From a virus (Duplodnaviria > Heunggongvirae > Uroviricota > Caudoviricetes), in the IMG/VR virus record IMGVR_UViG_2579778993_000003: a DNA stretch of 24,908 nt. The stretch is one strand, 5' to 3'. This document shows positions 15,050-22,880 of the stretch, in pieces (position 1 is the stretch's first letter; each line of letters opens with the position of its first letter). The notes under the pieces were generated by a model. It made no database searches. It saw nothing but the letters and a program-made list of their open reading frames with translations, and was not told where the DNA came from. Position numbers and translations under genes: made by a program.

Positions 15050-15796
15050 TTACTTCGCAATTCCTGGCTGGACGACATTCGGACGCCAGCTCTCCCAGTT
15101 AAAATTCACCCATAGCCCGCCGTTCATGGTCATGCGATCCATAATCCGCTCGCCGAGCAATGTTTTCATGGCCTCATAGTTCAGGTTTGTCAGCATCCCC
15201 ACGCTGCGCATCGACGCTGTCCGGCGATCAACAATCTGGTGCAGTACCACCTGCTCGTTTTTCGTCTCGCGCTGAATGCCAATTTCATCAAGAACCAGCA
15301 GATCCACTTCGCACAGTTCCCGCAAAAATTTTTCGCCTGACTGCCCATCGTCATAGCTGGCGTGGAGGGCACTCATAACATCAGCCACGGTAACCACAAT
15401 CACTGTCTGACCGTCTTTCAGCAGGCGATTCCCGATAGCTGCTGCTAAGTGGTTCTTCCCGGTACCAGGTTTTCCGCTAAACGCGAAATTTGTGCATCCG
15501 GTCATCAGTTCATCAGCGATAGATTTCGCCTGGCTCAACGCGTATCGCTGACCGTCGTTCTGCACCTGGTAATTCGCAAACGAGCATTTACGGTGCAACG
15601 GCTGGATGCCTGAGCGATTCAGAATTTTTTCCACCCGCAACTGGCGATTCAGGCGGTTGATCTCCTCGCTACGTTTCTGGCCTTCAGCAAGTTGCCACTC
15701 GTGCCACTCCGCTACCGTTCTGAATGGGGCGGTTACATGTGGCGGAGCCAGTCTTCGGATACGTTCAAGAACGCCGCCTGCCGCAATGTTTTTCAT
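15050..15796 (-). CDS. DnaC-like replicative helicase loader (IstB-like AAA+ ATPase)
   Basis: 248 aa, colinear with E. coli DnaC as I recall it: N-terminal MKN..., Walker [19 protein letters not shown], Walker [10 protein letters not shown], and the C-terminal LTNLNYEAM...LGERIMDRM block. Confidence 0.9.
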   Translation of the reverse strand: MKNIAAGGVLERIRRLAPPHVTAPFRTVAEWHEWQLAEGQKRSEEINRLNRQLRVEKILNRSGIQPLHRKCSFANYQVQNDGQRYALSQAKSIADELMTGCTNFAFSGKPGTGKNHLAAAIGNRLLKDGQTVIVVTVADVMSALHASYDDGQSGEKFLRELCEVDLLVLDEIGIQRETKNEQVVLHQIVDRRTASMRSVGMLTNLNYEAMKTLLGERIMDRMTMNGGLWVNFNWESWRPNVVQPGIAK

Positions 15797-15802
15797 GACA
15801 CG

Positions 15803-16765
15803 TCACCCCCTGAATCCCGGCGGTATTTCAGTGTCCGGTTCAGAAATGTGATTCACGCAACGCTGCGCAGGCAAACGCCCCAGGCGGATAACCAGTTCAT
15901 CCCATTTTTCCCGGAGTTTTGCCGGACTCATGATGTTTTTTACCCAGAACGAATCCCGCTGGAGACGCCCAAACATTTCACAAATTTGTCTGTGAGTTCT
16001 GCCATCCAGCATCCGCATTGTGCGAACGTCATTGGCCCATGCTGTCCAGTTGGGTTCTTTCGGTCTAGTGATCTCGCCATCATAGCTGGCCGCCTGCTCG
16101 TAAAGACTCACGATTCGTCCCCAGATCCACTGTGCGCACACCAAATCTTCCTGACTTCCCCACTGGCGTTTTTTCGCACTGAACACAACCGCGTCAGGGT
16201 GTCGGGTTAAAAAATCCTGTTCAGCCGTCTGCGGGTCCGGTTGCGAAGCGTCCGGACAAGAAGATCTTTTATCTGACGGATCAGGTTTTAATACTGACGG
16301 ATCGGGGTCAATCATCGGCCCCCTAATCGGCAGTTTTTTATCAACAGTTGATCCATCAAAATTTGACGGGTCAACCGTTGAGGGGTCAATATTTGACGGG
16401 TCAACTGTTAACGGGTCATTTTTTGCCGGGCTAATTTTTCTTTTCGGTTTATATGACTCACGCGCCGCCGCCGCAGCTGCTTCGAGTTTTTCCACATTAA
16501 GCCGATAGATATTGCTTACATTACGCCCACCGACCTTACGCTCTTCCTTCGTCAGCCAGCCCTCTTTCGCCAGTTCTGCAATAGCCGATTTCACTGTGGA
16601 TTCACTTCTTGCACCGATCTGACGCCGGATAGTTTCAATGGCAGGCCATGACACGCCCTCGTCATTGCTGTAGTCTGCAAGACGGGCCATAACCGCCACC
16701 CTGGATAAGATCATGCCGGTGAAGGCGCACCCTTCCCAGACAAGACCATGAAGCTTGCTGCTCAT
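15803..16765 (-). CDS. Replication initiator (lambda O-like / YdaU-like) with origin iterons inside the gene
   Basis: Located upstream of the DnaC-like gene. The track ORF starts at a GTG (16778-16780); the first ATG is at 16763-16765. The central part encodes repetitive DPS.../VDPSN... peptide repeats that correspond to tandem DNA repeats. Confidence 0.7.
   Translation of the reverse strand: MSSKLHGLVWEGCAFTGMILSRVAVMARLADYSNDEGVSWPAIETIRRQIGARSESTVKSAIAELAKEGWLTKEERKVGGRNVSNIYRLNVEKLEAAAAAARESYKPKRKISPAKNDPLTVDPSNIDPSTVDPSNFDGSTVDKKLPIRGPMIDPDPSVLKPDPSDKRSSCPDASQPDPQTAEQDFLTRHPDAVVFSAKKRQWGSQEDLVCAQWIWGRIVSLYEQAASYDGEITRPKEPNWTAWANDVRTMRMLDGRTHRQICEMFGRLQRDSFWVKNIMSPAKLREKWDELVIRLGRLPAQRCVNHISEPDTEIPPGFRG
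16270..16437. repeat. Iteron array (putative replication origin) inside the initiator gene
   Basis: Tandem ~15-bp repeats of consensus TTGACGGGTCAAC-like sequence (for example tttgacgggtcaaccg 16362-16377, ttgaggggtcaatat 16378-16392, ttgacgggtcaactg 16393-16407, ttaacgggtcatttt 16408-16422), preceded by more degenerate copies (ctgacggatcagg, tgacggatcgggg) and followed by an A+T-rich stretch. Confidence 0.6.
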
Positions 16766-16787
16766 AAACCCCCCGAACACCGTGCTT

Positions 16788-17213
16788 TTAGTGCATCACC
16801 ACAGCATTCCCTGCCGGGCCGCCGCGATTCATCTGGTCATACAAAACAACCGCTGACGCAACAAAATCATCGACATCCTTCACCAGCCGATCCCTCCGTT
16901 CGACGATCTCACGGTAATATTCAGAACTGTGGCTGCGCATACGGGCCACCAGCAAAGGCGGCATCGCCTTTTCGATCGCCGGTAACAGAGCCTGCATTTT
17001 TTCAACAGCATCAGGGGTGTCTTTATCCAGCCAACGGAAAATTTTCTGGGTATTACGGGCCAGGGCTTCCGGATGGCTGTCGTCATACAGTTCCGGGAAC
17101 GTCATTCCCAGCTCGAAATACGCTTTGGTAATTTTCGCAGCCGGCACTTTTTCGCCGTCCGGATGCGCCCAGACATTCATCGCCATGCGGATGTGTTCAT
17201 GCTTGATTTTCAT
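16788..17213 (-). CDS. YdaT-like prophage protein (DUF1441-type), 141 aa
   Basis: N-terminus MKIKHEHI... matches my recollection of Rac YdaT. ATG at 17211-17213 with an AGGAG SD; sits downstream of a Cro-like gene as in the Rac ydaS-ydaT pair. Confidence 0.6.
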   Translation of the reverse strand: MKIKHEHIRMAMNVWAHPDGEKVPAAKITKAYFELGMTFPELYDDSHPEALARNTQKIFRWLDKDTPDAVEKMQALLPAIEKAMPPLLVARMRSHSSEYYREIVERRDRLVKDVDDFVASAVVLYDQMNRGGPAGNAVVMH

Positions 17214-17478
17214 GAATCAAGCTCCTAGAAAGTGGTTGTGTTAACGTTTTGGTATCTTCCAGCTCGGGCCAAATATTCATCCAATCAAAAGGCCTTAGTT
17301 GCTGACGTGTAACTTCACCATTACTGGCTCGCTCAATAAGGACACATAACGATGCCCCTAACACTTGACCTTTACTCAATGCCTTTCTTAGATAACCGAT
17401 GCTGGTACCACACTCGCATGCAAACATACGCTGTTCATCTGACGAAAGAGAATTGAGAAATATTCTTAATTCTTCCAT
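17197..17478 (-). CDS. Cro/YdaS-like HTH regulator, 93 aa
   Basis: ATG at 17476-17478 with an AAGGAG SD 5 nt upstream. HTH-like segment ECGTSIGYLRKALSKGQ. Divergent from the repressor gene across a 100-bp operator-containing region. Confidence 0.65.
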   Translation of the reverse strand: MEELRIFLNSLSSDEQRMFACECGTSIGYLRKALSKGQVLGASLCVLIERASNGEVTRQQLRPFDWMNIWPELEDTKTLTQPLSRSLIHENQA

Positions 17479-17505
17479 AGCTACTCCTTAGTAAACACAG
17501 CAAAG

Positions 17506-17543
17506 AATACCCACAGGTAAACAAAAGTCAATACCCACAGGTT
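17506..17543. promoter_or_regulatory. Two direct copies of a 13-bp operator-like site (AATACCCACAGGT) in the divergent repressor/cro promoter region
   Basis: Copies at 17506-17518 and 17531-17543, centres 25 bp apart. A candidate leaderless repressor promoter (-10 TATTAT 17567-17572, -35-like TTTACC 17545-17550) places the transcription start at or next to the repressor ATG (17579). Confidence 0.5.
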
Positions 17544-17578
17544 GTTTACCTTGCGGTAATCGCATCTATTATTTACCT

Positions 17579-17998
17579 ATGGACAAATATGAATTTAGAC
17601 GACAGCAACTCATCAAAATTCGTGATGAGAAATGCGATGGTAAAGCGGTTAACGTGGCCAGAAAGATCGGGCGCGAGCCTTCTTATGTATCAAGAATGTT
17701 GTACCCAGAGGGGAAAAAGGGAAAAAAACGGATCGCTGATGATATGGTGGAGATTATCGAAGAGTCCTTTGGGTTACCCCGGGGATGGATGGATGGTATC
17801 GTTTCATCATCAACGAACACAGCCTCCAGTTATGAAACAAGGGTTCTAACGCCACGACAACGTATTTTTTTAGATCTCTTAGACGAACTGCCAGAAAGTG
17901 AAGCGGATAAATTATTAAAAACTCTTGAAGAGAAAAAACAGTATTACAATATGATCTACGAAGAAATCCGTAAAAAGAAAGCACAAAACGCATCATAG
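17579..17998 (+). CDS. Prophage repressor (RacR-like HTH protein), 139 aa
   Basis: HTH-like segment AVNVARKIGREPSYVSRML. No SD upstream of the ATG, consistent with a leaderless mRNA. Flanked on both sides by related palindromic sites. Confidence 0.65.
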   Translation: MDKYEFRRQQLIKIRDEKCDGKAVNVARKIGREPSYVSRMLYPEGKKGKKRIADDMVEIIEESFGLPRGWMDGIVSSSTNTASSYETRVLTPRQRIFLDLLDELPESEADKLLKTLEEKKQYYNMIYEEIRKKKAQNAS

Positions 17999-18040
17999 CT
18001 CACCAAACAACTAGTCACCAGTTAAGACACCGCAAAAATT

Positions 18041-18077
18041 TACCCATGGGTATTTACTTTTTAAATACCTATGGGTA
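18041..18077. promoter_or_regulatory. Second operator cluster: perfect palindrome TACCCATGGGTA plus near-palindrome ATACCTATGGGTAT
   Basis: Sites at 18041-18052 and 18064-18077 share the half-site TACCCA with the sites at 17506-17543. They lie between the repressor gene and the next plus-strand operon. Confidence 0.5.
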
Positions 18078-18263
18078 TCCTTCTTTTCATACCAACCCAC
18101 CCCGCCCCACAGAATGCAGGGCAATACTTCGAGTTACCAGGCAGTGGTCAGGGGTTAAGTAGCCAGCCCGAGGCGTAAGAACATGACGGCAGGGTTCAAC
18201 TTTAATAACTATGCAGCAGGTTTTTGTTCCGCTACCCCGGCGTTAAGGGGAAATGAGGTCAAC

Positions 18264-18416
18264 ATGGATATGCTCAATCTTGGCAACAACGAATCTCTGG
18301 TATGTGGCGTGTTCCCCAACCAGGACGGCACGTTTACCGCGATGACGTATACCAGAAGCAAAACGTTTAAAACTGAAGCTGGCGCGCGTCGCTGGTTAAC
18401 CAGAAACACTGACTGA
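18264..18416 (+). CDS. Small prophage protein (50 aa), YdaF/DUF1391-like
   Basis: ATG at 18264 preceded by GAGG with a 5-nt spacer. Product MDMLNLGNNESLVCGVFPNQDGTFTAMTYTRSKTFKTEAGARRWLTRNTD. Family assignment is from memory of Rac small proteins and is uncertain. Confidence 0.45.
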   Translation: MDMLNLGNNESLVCGVFPNQDGTFTAMTYTRSKTFKTEAGARRWLTRNTD

Positions 18417-18427
18417 TGAGGTTGACG

Positions 18428-18829
18428 ATGGAATTTAAAGATTTACCAGTACCATTCCAGGAAATGGCATCGAATGTGGTTCGCTCTCAACTGGCGACTC
18501 TTGACCTGAGTACCGTAGAAAAAGAAACCATCGATACTATATCCGGTAACGTGCGTCGTGCCTTTATAGGTCTGTATGAAGAGAAGCGCCTATTCGGCGG
18601 ACAGAATTCGCCTGAAAACAAGAATCAAGCAAATGATGAGAAGCTGAAACACATTATCGCCTTACTTTTGGAAGACGCAAAACGTCTACAGCAACTGGAA
18701 CCAAATGCAGGCACAGAGGCCCGCATTTGGATTGCCATGAAATCACTCAAATGTGAAAGCAGTGATTATTTCAAAACAACAATTAAAACTACTCAACTTT
18801 CGGGAGAGCTACTGAAGAAATTGCCATAA
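18428..18829 (+). CDS. Hypothetical protein (about 133 aa)
   Basis: ATG at 18428 preceded by GAGG; the track ORF starts at 18416, overlapping the previous stop. No motif recognised. Confidence 0.45.
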   Translation: MEFKDLPVPFQEMASNVVRSQLATLDLSTVEKETIDTISGNVRRAFIGLYEEKRLFGGQNSPENKNQANDEKLKHIIALLLEDAKRLQQLEPNAGTEARIWIAMKSLKCESSDYFKTTIKTTQLSGELLKKLP

Positions 18830-19067
18830 GAGCATGGTCTTTCTCTTGTTCTGCAAGATGAGCATTAATACCTGGTATGGTTTTTTCAAATTTATCTATC
18901 TGTTGAATAACAACTTCGCGGTATACGTTTGTTTTTGTACCACCAAGCGCAGCCGTTAATGCAGAAAGCATATTTAGTATCATATCAGTGCGATATGAAA
19001 GAATCCTGATAGCTTCATCTTGTTTTTCAATAATAGATTGCAGGGCCTCAATTTGCTTTTTATCCAT
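18789..19067 (-). CDS. Hypothetical helical/coiled-coil-like protein (about 92 aa)
   Basis: ATG at 19065-19067 preceded by GAGGGTGA. Its 3' end overlaps the convergent 18428-18829 gene by about 40 bp, so one of the two may be spurious. Confidence 0.4.
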   Translation of the reverse strand: MDKKQIEALQSIIEKQDEAIRILSYRTDMILNMLSALTAALGGTKTNVYREVVIQQIDKFEKTIPGINAHLAEQEKDHALMAISSVALPKVE

Positions 19068-19099
19068 TTCACCCTCCTGAGGGTTGGTAATTAAGGAGT

Positions 19100-19460
19100 T
19101 CTCCACGGGTCAGGTGGAGTGCGTGCGCCGGACACGGGTGAACATCCGGCACTGACAGTTTACTGAAAGGATATGTCCCTGAAAAGTCAGGGCATAACGC
19201 GAAAGCGCACGGCGAAATTGGTCTCTCTGTACGGTGTCGTTAAATTTAGTTCGACCGTGCGCTTCCGGTTGTGGCAATCCGCGAAATGGTGCGGCGGTAA
19301 GTATGGCGGGGGTATTCCTTCCCCCGTTGAGGACACCGGGTTGTCAGGTTGACCATACGCTTAAGTGACAACCCCGCTGCAACGCCCTCTGTTATCAATT
19401 TTCTGGTGACGTTTGGCGGTATCAGTTTTACTCCGTGACTGCTCTGCCGCCCTTTTTAAA
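19100..19460. other. GC-rich, hairpin-dense non-coding region (candidate structured RNA or DNA site)
   Basis: No convincing ORF. Several perfect stems: GCCGGA/TCCGGC nested inside GTCAG/CTGAC (19111-19156), CCCTGA aaag TCAGGG (~19177-19194), GCGCACGG...CCGTGCGC enclosing ~45 nt (~19205-19262), CGGGGG tattcctt CCCCCG (~19307-19326), and GGGTTGTCA-19 nt-TGACAACCC (~19338-19374). Confidence 0.3.
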
Positions 19461-19626
19461 GTGAATTTTGTGATGTGGTGAATGCGGCTGAGCGCACGCG
19501 GAACAGTTAAAACCAAAAACAGTGTTATGGGTGGATTCTCTGTATCCGGCGTTAATTGTTAACTGGTTAACGTCACCTGGAGGCACCAGGCACCGCATCA
19601 CAAAATTCATTGTTGAGGACGCGATA

Positions 19627-19815
19627 ATGGAAACGTTATTACCAAACGTTAATACGTCTGAAGGTTGTTTTGAAATTGGTGTCACTATCAGTAACCCAGT
19701 ATTTACTGAAGATGCCATTAACAAGAGAAAACACGAACGGGAGCTATTAAATAAAATATGCATTCTTTCAATGCTGGCCCGTTTACGTCCGATACAAAAA
19801 GGATGCTGGCAATGA
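19627..19815 (+). CDS. Hypothetical small protein (62 aa)
   Basis: ATG at 19627 preceded by GAGGA with a 7-nt spacer. Product METLLPNVNTSEGCFEIGVTISNPVFTEDAINKRKHERELLNKICILSMLARLRPIQKGCWQ. It occupies the position of small kil-type genes in Rac-like prophages. Confidence 0.35.
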   Translation: METLLPNVNTSEGCFEIGVTISNPVFTEDAINKRKHERELLNKICILSMLARLRPIQKGCWQ

Positions 19816-20003
19816 ATACAGCATTTGCACTTGTTCTGACAGTTTTTCTTGTTTCCGGAGAGCCAGTTGATATTGCAGTCAGTGTTCACAGGACAATGCA
19901 GGAGTGTGTGACTGCAGCAACCGAACAGAAAATTCCCGGTAACTGTTACCCGGTCGATAAAGTTATTCACCAGGATAATAACGAAATCCCGGCAGGTCTT
20001 TAA
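19812..20003 (+). CDS. Hypothetical small secreted protein (63 aa) with N-terminal signal-peptide-like segment
   Basis: ATG at 19812 preceded by AAGGA. Product MNTAFALVLTVFLVSGEPVDIAVSVHRTMQECVTAATEQKIPGNCYPVDKVIHQDNNEIPAGL has a hydrophobic N-terminus and two Cys in the mature part, with no lipobox. Confidence 0.4.
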   Translation: MNTAFALVLTVFLVSGEPVDIAVSVHRTMQECVTAATEQKIPGNCYPVDKVIHQDNNEIPAGL

Positions 20004-20095
20004 AACAGTTCCGTAATAAATATCCGGTTTCATTCTTATATGCCAGCAATGGCAGGGATTTGTTCACCCTTAAATCTGTAATGAGGTAAAACAAA

Positions 20096-22567
20096 ATGAG
20101 TAAAGTCTTTATTTGCGCCGCCATTCCGGACGAACAGGCAATAAAGGAAGAAGGTGCCGTCGCTGTAGCCACTGCCATTGAAGCCGGTGATGAACGTCGC
20201 GCCCGCGCAAAATTTCACTGGCAATTCCTGGAACATTATCCGGCTGCTCAGGACTGCGCTTATAAATTTCTTGTCTGCGAGGATAAACCCGGTATACCCC
20301 GCCCTGCCCTCGATTCCTGGGATGCTGAATATATGCAGGAAAACCGCTGGGATGAGGAGTCTGCTTCCTTTGTCCCGGTTGAGACTGAATCCGATCCGAT
20401 GAACGTCACTTTTGACAAGCTGGCCCCTGAAGTACAGAACGCTGTCATGGTTAAGTTCGACACATGTGAAAACATCACCGTTGATATGGTTATTAGCGCA
20501 CAGGAATTGTTGCAGGAAGACATGGCAACATTCGACGGCCATATCGTTGAAGCGTTGATGAAAATGCCAGAAGTTAACGCCATGTATCCGGAGCTTAAGC
20601 TGCATGCCATCGGGTGGGTTAAGCATAAATGTAAGCCTGGTGCCAAATGGCCCGAAATTCAGGCAGAGATGCGCATCTGGAAAAAACGTCGCGAAGGTGA
20701 ACGCAAGGAAACCGGAAAATACACGTCTGTTGTTGATCTCGCCCGCGCCAGAACCAATCAACAGCACAGTGAAAATTCAACAGGAAAAATCAGCCCGGTC
20801 ATTGCTGCCATTCATCGCGAATACAAGCAGACATGGAAAACACTGGATGACGAACTGGCCTACGCTCTCTGGCCTGGTGATGTGGATGCCGGAAACATTG
20901 ACGGCAGCATCCATCGCTGGGCAAAAAATGAAGTTATCGACAACGACCGCGAAGACTGGAAGCGTATCTCGGCATCAATGCGCAAACAGCCTGATGCCCT
21001 TCGCTACGACCGCCAGACTATTTTTGGCCTTGTCCGTGAACGTCCGATCGACATTCACAAAGACCCTGTGGCACTGAACAAATACATTACTGGATACCTG
21101 ACTACAAAGGGCGTGTTTGAAGATGAAGGAAGAAATCAGAGCGCAACTGATACTCTCTCGTCGCCAGTACCAGAAACTGATGCAGTGGAAACGGCAATTC
21201 CGGGCAACGAAAAAACCGAATGCAAAGTGGAAGTCGAACCATCTGTAGAGCGTGAGGGGCCGTTCTACTTCCTCTTCACCGACAAGGATGGCGAAAAATA
21301 CGGTCGCGCAAACAAACTTTCTGGTCTGGAAAAAGCACTAGCCTTGGGAGCTACGGAAATCACAAAAGAGGAATACTTCGCACGTAAAAACGGCACGTAC
21401 TCAGGTTCACAACAAAATACTGGTGCATCTGACACGACCGCACAACCAGAGCCGGTAAAAGTTACCGCTGACGAAGTAAACAAAATTATGCAGGCAGCCA
21501 ATATCAGCCAGCCTGACGCCGATAAGTTGCTTGCTGCCTCTCGCGGAGAATTTGTTGCAGGGATTAGCGACCCGAATGATCCGAAATGGGTAAAGGGGAT
21601 TGAAACCCGCGATTCTGTAAACCAGAACCAGCAAGAATCGGAACAGAACGACCAGAAAGCGGAACAAAACAGCCCAAATACGCAACAAAACGAGCCAGAA
21701 ACGAAACAACCTGAGCCAGTAGCGCAACAGGAACCGGAAAAAGTCTGCACCGCCTGCGGTCAAAGCGGTGGCGGCAACTGCCCTGATTGTGGCGCGGTGA
21801 TGGGTGACGCAACATACCAGGAAACATTCGATGAAGAGAATCAGGTTGAAGTTCAGGAAAATGATCCGAAGGAAATCGAAGGCGCTGAACATCCACACAA
21901 GGAGAATGCTGGTAGCGCTCAGGATCACGCCAGCGATAGTGAAACTGGCGAGACGGCAGATCCCTTAATTGCGATGAACGGTCATCACGTTATCACATCC
22001 ACCAGCAGGACGTGTGACCATCTAATGATCGACCTTGAAACCATGGGAAAAAATCCTGATGCCCCGATTATCTCAATAGGTGCAATATTTTTCGATCCGC
22101 AAACCGGAGATATGGGACCGGAATTTAGTAAGACTATCGATCTGGAAACTGCTGGCGGAGTCATTGATCGTGACGTCATTAAAAGGTGGCTGAAGCAATC
22201 ACGTGAAGCGCAGTCTGCCATTATGACCGATGAAATCCCGTTAGATGATGCACTGTTACAATTGCGGGAATTTATCGACGAAAACTCCGGTGAATTTTTT
22301 GTTCAGGTCTGGGGAAATGGAGCCAACTTCGACAACACGATTTTGCGCCGTTCATACGAACGGCAGGGGATCCCCTGCCCGTGGCGTTACTACAACGATC
22401 GCGATGTACGCACAATCGTTGAGCTGGGGAAAGCCATAGACTTCGATGCCAGAACGGCTATTCCATTCGAAGGTGAGCGCCATAATGCACTTGATGACGC
22501 CCGTTACCAGGCAAAATACGTTTCAGTTATCTGGCAAAAACTGATCCCGAATCAGGCTGATTTTTAA
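20096..22567 (+). CDS. Large prophage exonuclease (823 aa) with C-terminal DnaQ-like DEDDh 3'-5' exonuclease domain, Q/E-rich linker and CxxC...CxxC zinc-ribbon-like motif
   Basis: ATG at 20096. C-terminal motifs Exo I ([10 protein letters not shown]), Exo II ([12 protein letters not shown]) and Exo III ([14 protein letters not shown]). Low-complexity linker [41 protein letters not shown] followed by [16 protein letters not shown]. It occupies the recE position of Rac-like prophages, but no recT-like gene follows. Confidence 0.8.
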   Translation: MSKVFICAAIPDEQAIKEEGAVAVATAIEAGDERRARAKFHWQFLEHYPAAQDCAYKFLVCEDKPGIPRPALDSWDAEYMQENRWDEESASFVPVETESDPMNVTFDKLAPEVQNAVMVKFDTCENITVDMVISAQELLQEDMATFDGHIVEALMKMPEVNAMYPELKLHAIGWVKHKCKPGAKWPEIQAEMRIWKKRREGERKETGKYTSVVDLARARTNQQHSENSTGKISPVIAAIHREYKQTWKTLDDELAYALWPGDVDAGNIDGSIHRWAKNEVIDNDREDWKRISASMRKQPDALRYDRQTIFGLVRERPIDIHKDPVALNKYITGYLTTKGVFEDEGRNQSATDTLSSPVPETDAVETAIPGNEKTECKVEVEPSVEREGPFYFLFTDKDGEKYGRANKLSGLEKALALGATEITKEEYFARKNGTYSGSQQNTGASDTTAQPEPVKVTADEVNKIMQAANISQPDADKLLAASRGEFVAGISDPNDPKWVKGIETRDSVNQNQQESEQNDQKAEQNSPNTQQNEPETKQPEPVAQQEPEKVCTACGQSGGGNCPDCGAVMGDATYQETFDEENQVEVQENDPKEIEGAEHPHKENAGSAQDHASDSETGETADPLIAMNGHHVITSTSRTCDHLMIDLETMGKNPDAPIISIGAIFFDPQTGDMGPEFSKTIDLETAGGVIDRDVIKRWLKQSREAQSAIMTDEIPLDDALLQLREFIDENSGEFFVQVWGNGANFDNTILRRSYERQGIPCPWRYYNDRDVRTIVELGKAIDFDARTAIPFEGERHNALDDARYQAKYVSVIWQKLIPNQADF

Positions 22568-22631
22568 TGTTCAACCCCGGTCGTTGCCCACCAGCTATAG
22601 TGGCGGCGACCATGATTAGCGAACGACGCTC

Positions 22632-22880
22632 ATGGCAAGACTTATTCTGCTCACTGAGTGGGCAAAAGAGGAATTCAGTGAACCGGTCCCAACTCCGAGT
22701 ACGTTAAGTAAATACGCTAAAGCCGGAATGATATTTCCTCTCCCCAAAAAAGTTGGAAGACGCTGGCGAGTGGATCCGCAAGCTCGCTTTGTCGGAATGG
22801 TAAACAAGCCGGAGGTGATCGCCACAGATCACCCTGCTTTGAAGAGGATACTGGAAGATGGCGCGCCCGCGAAAATATAA
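22632..22880 (+). CDS. Excisionase / AlpA-like small DNA-binding protein
   Basis: 82 aa, basic, immediately upstream of and overlapping (23 bp) the integrase gene, the typical xis-int arrangement. Family assignment is by position and size. Confidence 0.55.
   Translation: MARLILLTEWAKEEFSEPVPTPSTLSKYAKAGMIFPLPKKVGRRWRVDPQARFVGMVNKPEVIATDHPALKRILEDGAPAKI

Noticed and set aside
19100-19460. Retron msr/msd or other reverse-transcriptase-associated ncRNA
   Set aside because: No reverse transcriptase gene is present nearby; the adjacent ORFs are small hypotheticals and an exonuclease.
19428-20033. 201-aa minus-strand ORF
   Set aside because: Cys/His-rich low-complexity translation, antisense to two plus-strand small ORFs that have proper SDs; judged spurious.
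20036-20767. 243-aa minus-strand ORF
   Set aside because: Lies entirely antisense within the well-supported 823-aa exonuclease gene and has no motifs or SD; likely a chance open frame.
21265-21928. Minus-strand ORFs (21265..21750, 21407..21928, 21564..21896) inside the exonuclease gene
   Set aside because: Antisense to the exonuclease low-complexity linker region; repetitive Phe/Leu/Cys-rich translations reflect the complement of the Q/E-rich coding sequence.
20096-22567. Calling the 823-aa protein RecE (exonuclease VIII)
   Set aside because: The visible catalytic motifs are DnaQ-like DEDDh (3'-5'), whereas RecE has a lambda-Exo-like 5'-3' nuclease domain as far as I know, and no recT follows; kept as a generic exonuclease pending a domain search.
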